47,686 nucleotides of DNA, taken from sequence record DRR723986_25809; one strand, written 5' to 3'. Positions 29,607 through 39,460 of this stretch are shown piece after piece (position 1 is the first letter of the stretch; each line of letters begins with the position of its first letter). Made by a program: the position numbers and the translations under genes. Under the pieces are notes generated by a model that worked only from the letters and a program-made list of their open reading frames with translations, had not been told where the DNA came from and did not search any database.

Positions 29607-30368
29607 ATGAAGACCATAGATGAAGTACTGGTGCGAATGGATCAAATCGTAGCTGAATGTAAAAATGATCAATCGCGGATTGGCTATTTTGCCATTCTCT
29701 ACAGGCAGGTGACTCGTAGAATTCGTGACGGAATCCTAGCTAGAGAATTTGAAGACAATCCAAGAATGGAAAAGTTAGATGTTCTCTTTGCGGGCAGATT
29801 TATCACTGCATATAACACATGGAAAATCGCTCAAGCCCCTACTAATAGCTGGATGCTTGCATTTGAAGCAAGCAAAGACAGCAAGCACCTAGTTCTTCAG
29901 CATTTGTTTCTAGGCATCAACGCACATATTAATCTTGACCTGGGCATCTCAGCTGCAGACACCATGGGCTCAGAACCTATTGCAGGCATTCAAAATGATT
30001 TCAATAAAATCAATGCTGTCCTGGCAGAATTGGTAGATGGAGTCAAGTCCAATATTAGCATGGTTTCTCCGATTTTTGGCTGGCTGATCCCATTAGCAAA
30101 AGGCCGCGATGAAATGCTGCTGAATTTCTCTATCCAACTTGCCCGAGATGGAGCTTGGAAATACGCCGGTGAATATTATGGTTGCGAAGACCGAAATGCA
30201 TCAATACTAGAGCGAGATAGAAACATTTCCAAGTTGGCAAACAAGCTAATCAACCCAGGTAAGTTTCTATCATTTATGGTGAAAATAGTTGGATTCGCTG
30301 AATGGAAATCAGTGAGTCGCACGATGGATCAGCTGGACGTAGTGGTCAAAAAAGCTCAAAAGGATTAG
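29607..30368 (+). CDS. Uncharacterised protein, DUF5995-like
   Basis: GYFA.LY.QVT, LGINAHINLDL, DFNKIN motifs. Confidence 0.8.
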   Translation: MKTIDEVLVRMDQIVAECKNDQSRIGYFAILYRQVTRRIRDGILAREFEDNPRMEKLDVLFAGRFITAYNTWKIAQAPTNSWMLAFEASKDSKHLVLQHLFLGINAHINLDLGISAADTMGSEPIAGIQNDFNKINAVLAELVDGVKSNISMVSPIFGWLIPLAKGRDEMLLNFSIQLARDGAWKYAGEYYGCEDRNASILERDRNISKLANKLINPGKFLSFMVKIVGFAEWKSVSRTMDQLDVVVKKAQKD

Positions 30369-30380
30369 GAGAATTGAGTT

Positions 30381-31502
30381 TCAGATATCCTGATTAAACC
30401 CTTTTTCAAACTCCATAATTTCTGCGTCAGTCTGGGCTTTATTTTTCTTGTTAGTCTTTTCCTTGTTAAGATCCATAGCATAGAAGTGAGTGTCTTGGAA
30501 GTAGCCAACCCTTGCCTCGGATTCGCCTTTGGCAAAAGTCCATTTCTCTCCTTTGAACAATCTGACTTTGTCCTCATGTAGCTCTAAATACTCATCGTAT
30601 GGTCCACGTGGAGAAATTAACTTCACGAAAATTGGTGCTGTTTCAATAGCAATAAAAAGCAACATGATAAAGGTGTTTGCTAAAGCCATTGCTGAACTTT
30701 CCTTGGTTAAAGCATCCAATGCTTCCATTCGAGCAGCCAACCCATCAAAGCCTTCGATTCCTGGCTGTTGCTTTTCAAATTCCAGTTGTCTCAAAGCAAC
30801 AAATTCACGAATCTGCGCTTCCAGCGTGTCAACACGAACCTGATTCCTATTTCTAAGCTCATTCAATGTGACTTGAGCCGCATCTAGCTGCTCCTCCTTC
30901 TTCTTAGCATTTGTTCCCAATCCAACAATTCCACTTGTGCTAGTTGTCTTCTCCCCAAATCGCTCTGCATCATATTCATCCTGCAGCTGATTTCTGTATT
31001 GTTCGAAATCTAAAACTTCTGCCTTCAACGTGTCAATTTTAGCTTCTAACTCTTGAATCTCAGGGAAACCCTTTGCTAGATTTAGCTTTGATTCTGCTAT
31101 AAACACAGTCCTCTTCTCATCTATTTTCCGATCAATTTCCCGCTCAAACATTTTCAATTCCAGCGGCTTTGATATCACCAAGGCAAGTAAGACAGCTAAT
31201 ACTAATCGCGGAATGGCCAACTTCCACTCACCCCAAGCATTTTCTTTTTTCCGCATACTGGAAACGATAAATCGATCCAGATTGAATATCATCAATCCCC
31301 AAAGCAGGCCAAAAAAGATCGCAGGCCAAATTGATTGGAACACGGTGAACAAAGCATATCCAGCTGCCAATGCTGCAAGTATTCCCGTGAAGAAAACGGT
31401 AGCACCGATCCCGAGGTATTTGTTTGACTCAGTTGGAGATCTTTTTAATAATGAGAAGTTTGCGCCGCTACAAAACCAGAAAAAACGAGTGATGCTATTC
31501 AT
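30381..31502 (-). CDS. DUF4407-like membrane protein with central coiled coil
   Basis: FWFCSGA, GATVFFTG, IFNLDRFIVSS, ISKPLELKMF, heptad-rich middle, IETAPIFVKL. Confidence 0.82.
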   Translation of the reverse strand: MNSITRFFWFCSGANFSLLKRSPTESNKYLGIGATVFFTGILAALAAGYALFTVFQSIWPAIFFGLLWGLMIFNLDRFIVSSMRKKENAWGEWKLAIPRLVLAVLLALVISKPLELKMFEREIDRKIDEKRTVFIAESKLNLAKGFPEIQELEAKIDTLKAEVLDFEQYRNQLQDEYDAERFGEKTTSTSGIVGLGTNAKKKEEQLDAAQVTLNELRNRNQVRVDTLEAQIREFVALRQLEFEKQQPGIEGFDGLAARMEALDALTKESSAMALANTFIMLLFIAIETAPIFVKLISPRGPYDEYLELHEDKVRLFKGEKWTFAKGESEARVGYFQDTHFYAMDLNKEKTNKKNKAQTDAEIMEFEKGFNQDI

Positions 31503-31797
31503 ATAAGGTAAATGGTTGACCTAAATACACAACGCTAAAACTTCACCAAAAAGGCAGAATTTGATTTTTCAAAATTGAATTGTGACGAATTCAAGGAAAA
31601 AGGTCTATTCTGATCAATCAAGGGGCAATTCAAGTGATAAAAATGTCATTTACTAAATCGAGGACATTCTTCATTTTTGTACGCAGTGTTCGAAAATGCT
31701 CGCCATATGATCGGTTTTGTTCAGGTTACTAAAATCAGAAAGCAATTTGAAAACACTTTGCATGGAATTTACTCAGTAGGTTAAGTATATTTAGGAT

Positions 31798-32445
31798 ATG
31801 AAGAAGTTACTCTCTGCACTCGCTTTACTATTTCTGGTACAATTCTCATTTGCGCAAGAACTCCCCTTTCAAGAGGAAGTAAATAAGCGCGCAAAAGAAA
31901 TCGATGATGCTGGCTGGAAAAAAGGCAGCGTAGTTTTTACAGGTAGTTCGAGTGTAAGGATGTGGAAAAACCTTCAGGAGCAATTTCCTAATGTAGCTAT
32001 CATCAATTCTGCTTTTGGTGGCTCTACGGCAGATCAGCTATTGATGCATTTGGACAAAACTGTACTTCGTTTTGAACCCTCAAAAGTATTCATCTATGAA
32101 GGTGACAACGACATCAATGCAGGCCAGGAGATATCAACTATAATGGGCAACCTAGATGAATTAGTTACGCAGATTCATACAAAATATCCAAATACCACAG
32201 TTAACCTGATCGCTGCAAAACCTAGCCCTTCGCGCTGGGATAAAAAAGTTTCCTACGTTGCATTAAATGATCTGATTAGGCAATATGCGACCACCCATGA
32301 AAACGTACATATAGTGAATGTATGGGACATCATGCTGGATGATACTGGCAAACCTAGAGCTGATATTTTCATAGAAGACAATCTTCATATGAATGAAAAA
32401 GGCTATGAGCTTTGGAAGGAGATTTTTACTCCTTTTTTGAAGTAA
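31798..32445 (+). CDS. GDSL/SGNH family esterase/lipase, secreted
   Basis: FTGSSS, FGGS, YEGDND, DNLHMN blocks; signal peptide. Confidence 0.9.
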   Translation: MKKLLSALALLFLVQFSFAQELPFQEEVNKRAKEIDDAGWKKGSVVFTGSSSVRMWKNLQEQFPNVAIINSAFGGSTADQLLMHLDKTVLRFEPSKVFIYEGDNDINAGQEISTIMGNLDELVTQIHTKYPNTTVNLIAAKPSPSRWDKKVSYVALNDLIRQYATTHENVHIVNVWDIMLDDTGKPRADIFIEDNLHMNEKGYELWKEIFTPFLK

Positions 32446-32456
32446 GGAAAGTCTGA

Positions 32457-33041
32457 TTAGAACTGATACGAAAGTCCCAAAATCACTTGCTCTGACCTGA
32501 AATCATCCTTCCTTTTAATTACCTGATCCAAATTTAATTTTTGGTCATTCAGTACGCGTTCGTATCGCAAGTCTAATCCCACCGGTCCAAAATTTAGCCC
32601 CAAGCCAAACTGGTATCCAAAAAGCAAGTCTTTTTCAGAGGGAGTTTCAAAAAATTCATTGTAGTTGTCATTCAATAGGTAGTGGAAAGAAGGCCCGCCT
32701 ACTACTGTGAATAGCTTAAATAGATGCATTCCTACCATCACTGGCGCATCCAATCGGTTGGCCTTGACTTCACCTAAGCCTGATTCAAACTGGGAATGTG
32801 TATAGAGCAATTCCGGTCGCAGGAAAATATCATAAGACGCCAATTTATAAAAAGCTCCAACTTGGTAACCCGCGGAACTACCTGGACTTTTCCAGATTGA
32901 CCCAGCATCTTTGAAATACTTTCCTGAAGTGCTATAGCTCAAGCCGCCCTTAACCCCAAAACCCGAACCTTTGTGCTGCGCTTTTGCTTGTATACAAACC
33001 AGCGAACACATAACTAAAAAGAATAGTAGTAGCTTTTTCAT
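32457..33041 (-). CDS. Outer membrane beta-barrel (porin family) protein
   Basis: Signal peptide, FGVKGGL, LRPELLY, GYQFGLG, LDLRYE, terminal GLSYQF. Confidence 0.82.
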   Translation of the reverse strand: MKKLLLFFLVMCSLVCIQAKAQHKGSGFGVKGGLSYSTSGKYFKDAGSIWKSPGSSAGYQVGAFYKLASYDIFLRPELLYTHSQFESGLGEVKANRLDAPVMVGMHLFKLFTVVGGPSFHYLLNDNYNEFFETPSEKDLLFGYQFGLGLNFGPVGLDLRYERVLNDQKLNLDQVIKRKDDFRSEQVILGLSYQF

Positions 33042-33223
33042 GAGATTCAGGCTTAGTGAATTTTGGTAAAATGTAAGCTGTAAGACAAACCGAGTTTGAT
33101 CTCAACTCGTATTTCAATGCATTGGAACCATAATAGTCCATAAACTCTCAAACAGAATCACGTAAATTGAGTTTAGATTAAAATGATTTCTATATCATCC
33201 AAAACAAAAAAAGAACCAAAAAC

Positions 33224-34324
33224 ATGTTTAGTTCAAATAAACTTACTACACCCATGCTATCTCTCATCCTAGCGCTGATGTTTGCCTGCGGTAACACTGC
33301 GGTGCAAAGTCAAGAATCAACTGCAGACACAGACAAACTTGCTAACTACAAAGGAAACACCGAGTTAGCCACATTTGCTGGCGGATGTTTCTGGTGTGTA
33401 GAAGCTCCATTTGAGGGAATAGACGGCGTAATTACGGTAATTTCGGGCTATGCCGGAGGCAAAGAAAAAAACCCTACATACGGTGAAGTATCCAGCGGAA
33501 AGACTTCTCACAGAGAGTCAGTTCAAATCACATTTGACCCAGAAGTAATCAGTTATTCTGAATTGGTAGATATATTCTGGCAGACTTTTGATCCGACAGA
33601 TGTAGGAGGTTCCTTCTATGACAGAGGATCTCAATATGAATCAGCCATTTTCTTTCATGACTCTGAGCAAAAGAAAGTAGCCGAAGAATCCAAAAAGCTA
33701 CTTGATAAATCCGGTAAATTCGACAAGCCTATTGCGACTCCTTTGATCAAGTATACCAACTTCTATCCTGCAGAAGAGTATCACCAAGATTATTATAAAA
33801 AAAGTCCTCAGGATTACTATTCGTATAGAAATGGATCTGGTCGTGATAAATTCATCAAGGCACATTGGCCGGAACTTAGTGAGAAAGAATATAAGGCTCC
33901 GCCAAAATCCGAGTTGAAAAAGACCTTGACTGATTTGCAGTATGAAGTAACTCAAGAAGATGCTACTGAAATGTCATTTCAGAATGAATACAACGGAAAT
34001 CACGACAAAGGAATTTATGTTGACATTGTATCAGGTGCTCCGCTTTTCAGCTCCAAAGACAAATACGAATCAGGATCAGGCTGGCCAAGCTTCACCAAGC
34101 CTATTGATGCTAGAGCATTAGAAAAACCAACTGACGACGATCTGGGCATGCTCCGAGTAGAAGTCCGAAGTAAGTTTGGAGATAGTCATTTAGGTCATGT
34201 TTTCTATGACGGTCCAGAACCAACTAGCCTTAGGTATTGCATGAATTCAGCTGCGATGAAATTTATACCAAAGGAAGAAATGGAAGCCAAAGGTTATGGT
34301 GATTATCTCTGGCTAGTGGATTAA
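33224..34324 (+). CDS. msrAB: Bifunctional peptide-methionine sulfoxide reductase MsrA/MsrB, predicted lipoprotein
   Basis: MsrA GCFWC and AEEYHQDY; MsrB GWPSF, HLGHVF.DGP, RYCMNS; lipobox MFAC. Confidence 0.93.
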   Translation: MFSSNKLTTPMLSLILALMFACGNTAVQSQESTADTDKLANYKGNTELATFAGGCFWCVEAPFEGIDGVITVISGYAGGKEKNPTYGEVSSGKTSHRESVQITFDPEVISYSELVDIFWQTFDPTDVGGSFYDRGSQYESAIFFHDSEQKKVAEESKKLLDKSGKFDKPIATPLIKYTNFYPAEEYHQDYYKKSPQDYYSYRNGSGRDKFIKAHWPELSEKEYKAPPKSELKKTLTDLQYEVTQEDATEMSFQNEYNGNHDKGIYVDIVSGAPLFSSKDKYESGSGWPSFTKPIDARALEKPTDDDLGMLRVEVRSKFGDSHLGHVFYDGPEPTSLRYCMNSAAMKFIPKEEMEAKGYGDYLWLVD

Positions 34325-34335
34325 CAACACAATTG

Positions 34336-34364
34336 AAAAGGCTGCTTATGTGCAGCCTTTTTTT
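34336..34364 (+). terminator. Intrinsic terminator after msrAB
   Basis: AAAAGGCTGC-TTATGT-GCAGCCTTTTTTT. Confidence 0.85.
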
Positions 34365-34455
34365 ATTTAAAAAAGGAAGTAAGTTGATTTTTTTACTAAG
34401 TTTTTCACTTAAAAATCATCCCGATATCTATCTTTAAGCCAAACTTATTCTTGTT

Positions 34456-34863
34456 ATGAAAAAATTTGCTTGGATTGCTGGTATCGTTATAATCGGACTT
34501 TTAGCTGGTATTTTTTGGTATAAATTCTATTTCGTATTCGGTGAGGGGGTAAAAGCCGGAAGTTTAAATTACTTCGTGAAAAAAGGAGTAGTATTCAAGA
34601 CCTACGAAGGCCGCGTTGTTCAGGAAGGGTTTCAGAGCCCAACTGCTGGCGGATTGCAAAGTAATGAGTTTCGGTTCAGTGTGGTAGATGGCGAGATCGC
34701 AGAGCAGCTAGAAAGAGCCTCAGGGAAGTTTGTAGAGCTTCGCTACAAAGAATATAATGGAATGCTCCCATGGAGAGGGACCAGCAACTTTGTAGTGACC
34801 GAAGTGCTCACAGTCAATAATGCGGGCAAAACTGACGGATCAGCTTTGCCCTTTGATCAATAA
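34456..34863 (+). CDS. Conserved membrane-anchored hypothetical protein (family often mislabelled 6-phosphogluconate dehydrogenase)
   Basis: N-terminal TM helix, EGVKAG.L, KKGVVFKTYEG, FRFSV, LPWRG; no Rossmann motif. Confidence 0.78.
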   Translation: MKKFAWIAGIVIIGLLAGIFWYKFYFVFGEGVKAGSLNYFVKKGVVFKTYEGRVVQEGFQSPTAGGLQSNEFRFSVVDGEIAEQLERASGKFVELRYKEYNGMLPWRGTSNFVVTEVLTVNNAGKTDGSALPFDQ

Positions 34864-35292
34864 TTAAGGACGAGTCCAGTAATCTACTACGGTTACTTTA
34901 TCCAAATGAGGACCTAGAATAGCGCCGAAAGCCGCATGAGCTGGATGTGGCAAATATGCATCTCTAGCTTCCTCAGAATAAAAAGTCAAGGTGAAAGCAT
35001 GTGTCAGGCCTTGATTCAATTCTTCCGGACTAGAGTTAACGCCCCATTCAAAATCTTCGATTCCGTCAATTTCATTTTTAAGATTTCGGAAAGCATCTAC
35101 TACTGTTTGAATATCCTCAGGAGTTGAAGTTTCTTTAAAACTGAAATAAACATTGTGTCGTAGGACGGAATCTGGTTTTGCTGGCATAACTACTTCTTGG
35201 ATTTCTTTAATTTCTGTTTCGACTTGTTTCTCTCCTTTTTCTGCGCAGGAAAGCGCTAAGACTAAAGGAAGAAAATAGAGTATTTTTTTCAT
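34864..35292 (-). CDS. Dabb (stress-responsive A/B barrel) family lipoprotein
   Basis: LRHNVYFSFK, FEWGVN.SPE, GLTHAF, YLPHPAH, VVDYW; lipobox ALSC. Confidence 0.88.
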   Translation of the reverse strand: MKKILYFLPLVLALSCAEKGEKQVETEIKEIQEVVMPAKPDSVLRHNVYFSFKETSTPEDIQTVVDAFRNLKNEIDGIEDFEWGVNSSPEELNQGLTHAFTLTFYSEEARDAYLPHPAHAAFGAILGPHLDKVTVVDYWTRP

Positions 35293-35440
35293 AGGTTATA
35301 GATTTTTGACCAATCTAAGGAGATTCACCAAAATATTCTAAACCTCAGACTCTTTGTAATCGCAACTCACCAATAATCGCAAGGCCCAGAATTTTTCATA
35401 TATTTAACGAAATCTTAGTAGATCTACGAAATAAACACAC

Positions 35441-36619
35441 ATGAAACTTCCGCATCACCCCTTATTAGTATTCAGCTTGATGATCCTTTCCATCACATCT
35501 GGATGCAATTCCAATTCAAGAGACACTTCCACAAGTGAATCTGATACTTATGAATTGGTCAAAATTGATTCATTCCAAGTTGATAATTTCACCCGGGTAA
35601 ATATTTTAGACTACAATCCAAGTGAGAAAAGATTCTTGGGATACTCTATCAATGAAGATGACATAGTGGAGATCTCCGAAAGTGGTGAGATTCTAAACCG
35701 CGCTCATAGAAAAGGTGATGGTCCTTCAAATTATGGAAACTGGAATCCAATTGGTTTAGGATTTGGACCTGAAGGACAGCGAATAGTCGAATTACCTTTC
35801 GAATTAATCAGCTATGATAAAGACTACGAGATTGTAAAAAGGCTTAGAATTCCTTCTCCTCTTCCAGTTCGGGCAAATACACCATTTGGAAGTCCCCCCT
35901 ATTTCCAAAGTAATGACACCACCTTTCTTCTGGTAGGGCCTAGCAATTACTTCACTGCCACCTACTTGATTCACAATCAAGAGGGAAAAGACACGCTTCA
36001 GAATTTTTACCAATTGAATTTACAAACTGGAGCCATTAAAACGGTGGTTCCTTATGAAGCCAATTCAATCTATAATGCTACAGAAAACATTTACCCGGAA
36101 TTGATGGGGAAATCATTTTTCATAGACCATAAAAACAATGAATTGGTGCTTGTTCAGAATCTTGACACCGAACTATTGGTTTATGATTTACCTGGCATGA
36201 CTTTAAAAAAATCAATCCAAATAACTCATTCCGAATTTCTAACTTACCCACCAGTCCCTGTTGAAACTGCCTTTTCGGATGAAAGAGCCATTGCTTTGGG
36301 AAGACTTTCTGCAAGAAATCAGAGGCTTTTCAACTTGGGAGATGACACCTTCCTACTCCAATATTTCACAGGAATATCCCAATCAGAATACGATAGTAGA
36401 ACTACAGAAGAGGTTCCATACCTAGGTCGATTTGATAAAAATGAACAGCGGATAGTGATTTTCAAAAATGGCGAACAAGTTCCAATGGAGCTTTTAGGAA
36501 TAAATGGCACTATAGTCCTTTCATTACCAGGCCAAAAATTACTAGTTCAAGAGCCAGAAAATTCGGAGATTGAAGAAGAGTTTACCCGCTTTTCTATTTA
36601 TCAACTTCAATCCAACTGA
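35441..36619 (+). CDS. Hypothetical lipoprotein, probable beta-propeller
   Basis: Lipobox TSGC, KIDSFQVD and KGDGP.NY motifs typical of Bacteroidota propeller lipoproteins. Confidence 0.72.
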   Translation: MKLPHHPLLVFSLMILSITSGCNSNSRDTSTSESDTYELVKIDSFQVDNFTRVNILDYNPSEKRFLGYSINEDDIVEISESGEILNRAHRKGDGPSNYGNWNPIGLGFGPEGQRIVELPFELISYDKDYEIVKRLRIPSPLPVRANTPFGSPPYFQSNDTTFLLVGPSNYFTATYLIHNQEGKDTLQNFYQLNLQTGAIKTVVPYEANSIYNATENIYPELMGKSFFIDHKNNELVLVQNLDTELLVYDLPGMTLKKSIQITHSEFLTYPPVPVETAFSDERAIALGRLSARNQRLFNLGDDTFLLQYFTGISQSEYDSRTTEEVPYLGRFDKNEQRIVIFKNGEQVPMELLGINGTIVLSLPGQKLLVQEPENSEIEEEFTRFSIYQLQSN

Positions 36620-36621
36620 CC

Positions 36622-37620
36622 ATGAGAGTGGCGTTTTTTAGCACCAAATCATACGACAAAGAAAGTTTCAATCATTATTTGCCCGATCATTCTCACGAAT
36701 TCACCTATTTCGAACCAAAACTAGACAGCAATACCATAGCATTAGCTGAAGGTTTTGATGCCATATGCTCGTTTGTTAATGATCATTTAGATGAAAAAAC
36801 TCTGATTAAACTAGATGAATTGGGCGTAAAGAACATAGTACTAAGATGCGCCGGATACAATCAGGTCAATTTAGAAAAAGCTGCTGAACTCGGATTCAAA
36901 CTGTGTAGAGTGCCAGCGTATAGCCCAGAAGCTGTGGCCGAACATGCACTTGCACTATTAATGACCCTGAGCCGTAAAACTCACAAAGCCTATAACCGCG
37001 TCAGAGAAAATAACTATTCCATCGAAGGTCTTACTGGGTTCAACATACACGGTAAAACTGTAGGAGTAATCGGTACAGGCGCTATTGGCAAAGCCTTTTG
37101 TGAAATCATGCTAGGAATAGGCTGTAAGCTGCTCGCACATGATATTTATGAAAATGAGGGGCTTAAAAAGCTTGGTGTTACTTACCTGACTTTAGACGAG
37201 CTATTTGCTCAAAGTGATATCATTTCACTTCATTGTCCTTTGACACCTGATACTTTTCATCTGATAAACTCTACCACGTTGAGCAAGATGAAAAACGGAG
37301 TTGTCATCATCAACACGAGCAGAGGAGCATTGATTGAAACCAAATCGGTCATCAAAGCATTAAAAAACCGTAAAGTGGGCAATTTAGGAATCGATGTATA
37401 TGAACAAGAGGAAAACCTGTTTTTTCAAAATTTATCAGAAACCATCGTATTGGATGAGCAAATCGCACGGCTGATGACTTTCCCAAACGTGCTAATCACC
37501 GGGCACCAAGCTTTTCTTACACATGAAGCTTTGGCACAGATCGCGAAAACCACCCTTCAAAACCTAGATGAACTAGCAGCTGGAGGAGATCTGAGCAATG
37601 AAATCAAGTGGAAAAGTTAG
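36622..37620 (+). CDS. ldhA: D-2-hydroxyacid dehydrogenase (D-lactate dehydrogenase LdhA-like)
   Basis: LRCAGYN, VPAYSPEAVAEH, GTGAIG, SLHCPL, INTSRG, DVYEQE, TGHQAFLT. Confidence 0.88.
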   Translation: MRVAFFSTKSYDKESFNHYLPDHSHEFTYFEPKLDSNTIALAEGFDAICSFVNDHLDEKTLIKLDELGVKNIVLRCAGYNQVNLEKAAELGFKLCRVPAYSPEAVAEHALALLMTLSRKTHKAYNRVRENNYSIEGLTGFNIHGKTVGVIGTGAIGKAFCEIMLGIGCKLLAHDIYENEGLKKLGVTYLTLDELFAQSDIISLHCPLTPDTFHLINSTTLSKMKNGVVIINTSRGALIETKSVIKALKNRKVGNLGIDVYEQEENLFFQNLSETIVLDEQIARLMTFPNVLITGHQAFLTHEALAQIAKTTLQNLDELAAGGDLSNEIKWKS

Positions 37621-37686
37621 TAATGTGCTGCGTTTGGAACTCAAGTTTCAATAAATCAGAAATCACAAATCAGTTCCAAAAATCGC

Positions 37687-37722
37687 AAAAAAAATGCCTG
37701 CAAATCAGAGATCTGCAGGCAT
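37687..37722 (-). terminator. Intrinsic terminator of the cold-shock operon
   Basis: ATGCCTGCA...TGCAGGCAT stem followed by a U-run on the minus strand. Confidence 0.82.
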
Positions 37723-37762
37723 CAAACTTTGTATTTCTTAATTGGGCAATGCCCGACAGGAA

Positions 37763-37957
37763 TTACTTAGCTACTTTAACGTTCACAGCGTTAACGCCTT
37801 TTTTACCTTGAACTACGTCATAAGTAACGTGATCGTTCTCACGGATTTCGTGTACTAGACCTGAGTGGTGTACGAATACATCTTCACTGTTGTCTGCTGG
37901 TGTAATAAAACCAAAACCTTTGGTTGTGTTAAAGAATTTTACTGTTCCTTCATTCAT
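37763..37957 (-). CDS. Cold-shock protein (CspA family)
   Basis: GTVKFFN, RNP1 KGFGFI, RNP2 VFVH, 64 aa. Confidence 0.96.
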   Translation of the reverse strand: MNEGTVKFFNTTKGFGFITPADNSEDVFVHHSGLVHEIRENDHVTYDVVQGKKGVNAVNVKVAK

Positions 37958-37962
37958 GATTA

Positions 37963-38244
37963 CTAACTTTTTAAATTGGTGTTTCTATTATTTTGTGCAT
38001 TGTTCGGATATTCTCTTCTAGGAGGATTCTCTTTCCTTTGCGGGTTTTCTTTTTTCGGTGGTTCTGGTTCTGGCGGCGTGTCTGAGATGTTACCAAACTC
38101 ATCCACGTACGCAATCATATCGTCCAGATCTCCGCTTTTCGGCTGATCTTTACGAGCAGCCATCTTTTCTTGCTTTTCTCTCTTTTTTCTTTTCTTAAGT
38201 TCTGCTTTTTGCTTTTTAATGAATGTGTTCTGGTTTTTTGACAT
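37963..38244 (-). CDS. Small Lys-rich cold-shock-associated protein
   Basis: MSK.QNTFIKKQK...KKR.EK and DMIAYVDEFGNISDTPP motif; sits between the helicase and csp. Confidence 0.8.
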   Translation of the reverse strand: MSKNQNTFIKKQKAELKKRKKREKQEKMAARKDQPKSGDLDDMIAYVDEFGNISDTPPEPEPPKKENPQRKENPPRREYPNNAQNNRNTNLKS

Positions 38245-38253
38245 ATCGCGATT

Positions 38254-39456
38254 TTAATTGACAAATGTTATGGCCTTACCGGTTTTTCCGGCCCGACCTG
38301 TCCGGCCTATCCTGTGGATATAGCTATCCATAGTCATGGGAAGCTGAAAGTTGATTACATGGGACACATCTGCTACGTCTATACCTCTAGCAGCTACATC
38401 TGTTGCTACCAGTACACGAGTCATTCCAGTTTTGAACTCATCGATGGTTCTATTTCTGAAATTCTGAGATTTGTTTCCATGAATCAACCCAGATTTTATT
38501 CCGGACTGATTTAATTGCTTGCTTAACTTATCCGCGAGTCTTTTGGTTTCTGTGAATATTATCACCTTATCCAACTCATTTCCCTTGAATAAATCAGCAA
38601 GTATATCAAACTTATTCTTGCCTTCCGGCACACGAATAATTTCTTGATCTACATTTTCACTGGTTGTTCCACCAGTATTTACTTTAATCTCAACTGGATT
38701 ATTAAGTAATCCATCGATGAGTGCTTTTTGGCTTGGCTCTAATGTCGCAGAGAAAAGCATAGTCTGACTTCTCTTAGTCATTAAATTAACCAGCTTTTTC
38801 ACATCGTGAACAAAACCCATATCTAACATCCTATCAAACTCATCTAATACGAGTGTATTTACTCGATTAAGATGTAATAGTTTACGATTCGATAAATCTA
38901 ACAGGCGACCGGGAGTACCCACGATCACATGTAGTTTTCTGCTCAGCGCTTTGAAGTCAGAATTGATATTCGTACCTCCGATAAACGTGTTCGAATACAA
39001 GTTCATTCCTTTACTTAGACTCTTAAACTCCTCTTCAATCTGTAAGGCCAACTCACGTGTTGGAGTCACTATCAGAGCAGTAAAATTCTGAGGATCTAGC
39101 TTAGCATGTTCAATAATTGGGATCAAAAAAGCCCCCGTTTTACCTGAACCTGTATTTGATATTCCAAGTATATCTCTTCTATCCATCAAAGCAGGAATTG
39201 CCTGCTCTTGAATATTGGTCATACTTTCATACCCCTTTGCCGCGAGATTTCTTAATAAGGAAGCGTTAAGCTCGACACTTGAAAAAGGTGTCTCTGATCG
39301 AAACCCTTGTTGTCCACTTGGCTGAGCCTTTTTGACAAACAGGTTAGGATCAAGTTTAGATTCCTTTTTCTTATTTTGACCTGGTCTACCTGTAGGACGA
39401 GAATTTCGTCTTTGGTTTGCCGGTGGTCTTGTATTACTATTTCTATTACTATTCAT
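38254..39456 (-). CDS. DEAD/DEAH box RNA helicase (RhlE-like)
   Basis: Q motif (TNIQ), TGSGKT, PTRELA, TPGRL, DEFD, SAT, ARGID, HRIGRTGR; ATG 39456 just after the desaturase stop. Confidence 0.93.
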   Translation of the reverse strand: MNSNRNSNTRPPANQRRNSRPTGRPGQNKKKESKLDPNLFVKKAQPSGQQGFRSETPFSSVELNASLLRNLAAKGYESMTNIQEQAIPALMDRRDILGISNTGSGKTGAFLIPIIEHAKLDPQNFTALIVTPTRELALQIEEEFKSLSKGMNLYSNTFIGGTNINSDFKALSRKLHVIVGTPGRLLDLSNRKLLHLNRVNTLVLDEFDRMLDMGFVHDVKKLVNLMTKRSQTMLFSATLEPSQKALIDGLLNNPVEIKVNTGGTTSENVDQEIIRVPEGKNKFDILADLFKGNELDKVIIFTETKRLADKLSKQLNQSGIKSGLIHGNKSQNFRNRTIDEFKTGMTRVLVATDVAARGIDVADVSHVINFQLPMTMDSYIHRIGRTGRAGKTGKAITFVN

Positions 39457-39460
39457 GTTA

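Noticed and set aside
31503-31797. Short direct repeats (AATTCAAG, AATCAAG) in the divergent promoter region
   Set aside because: Irregular spacing and low complexity; cannot support an operator call.
34456-34863. 6-phosphogluconate dehydrogenase label
   Set aside because: Only 135 aa with a TM anchor and no nucleotide-binding motif.
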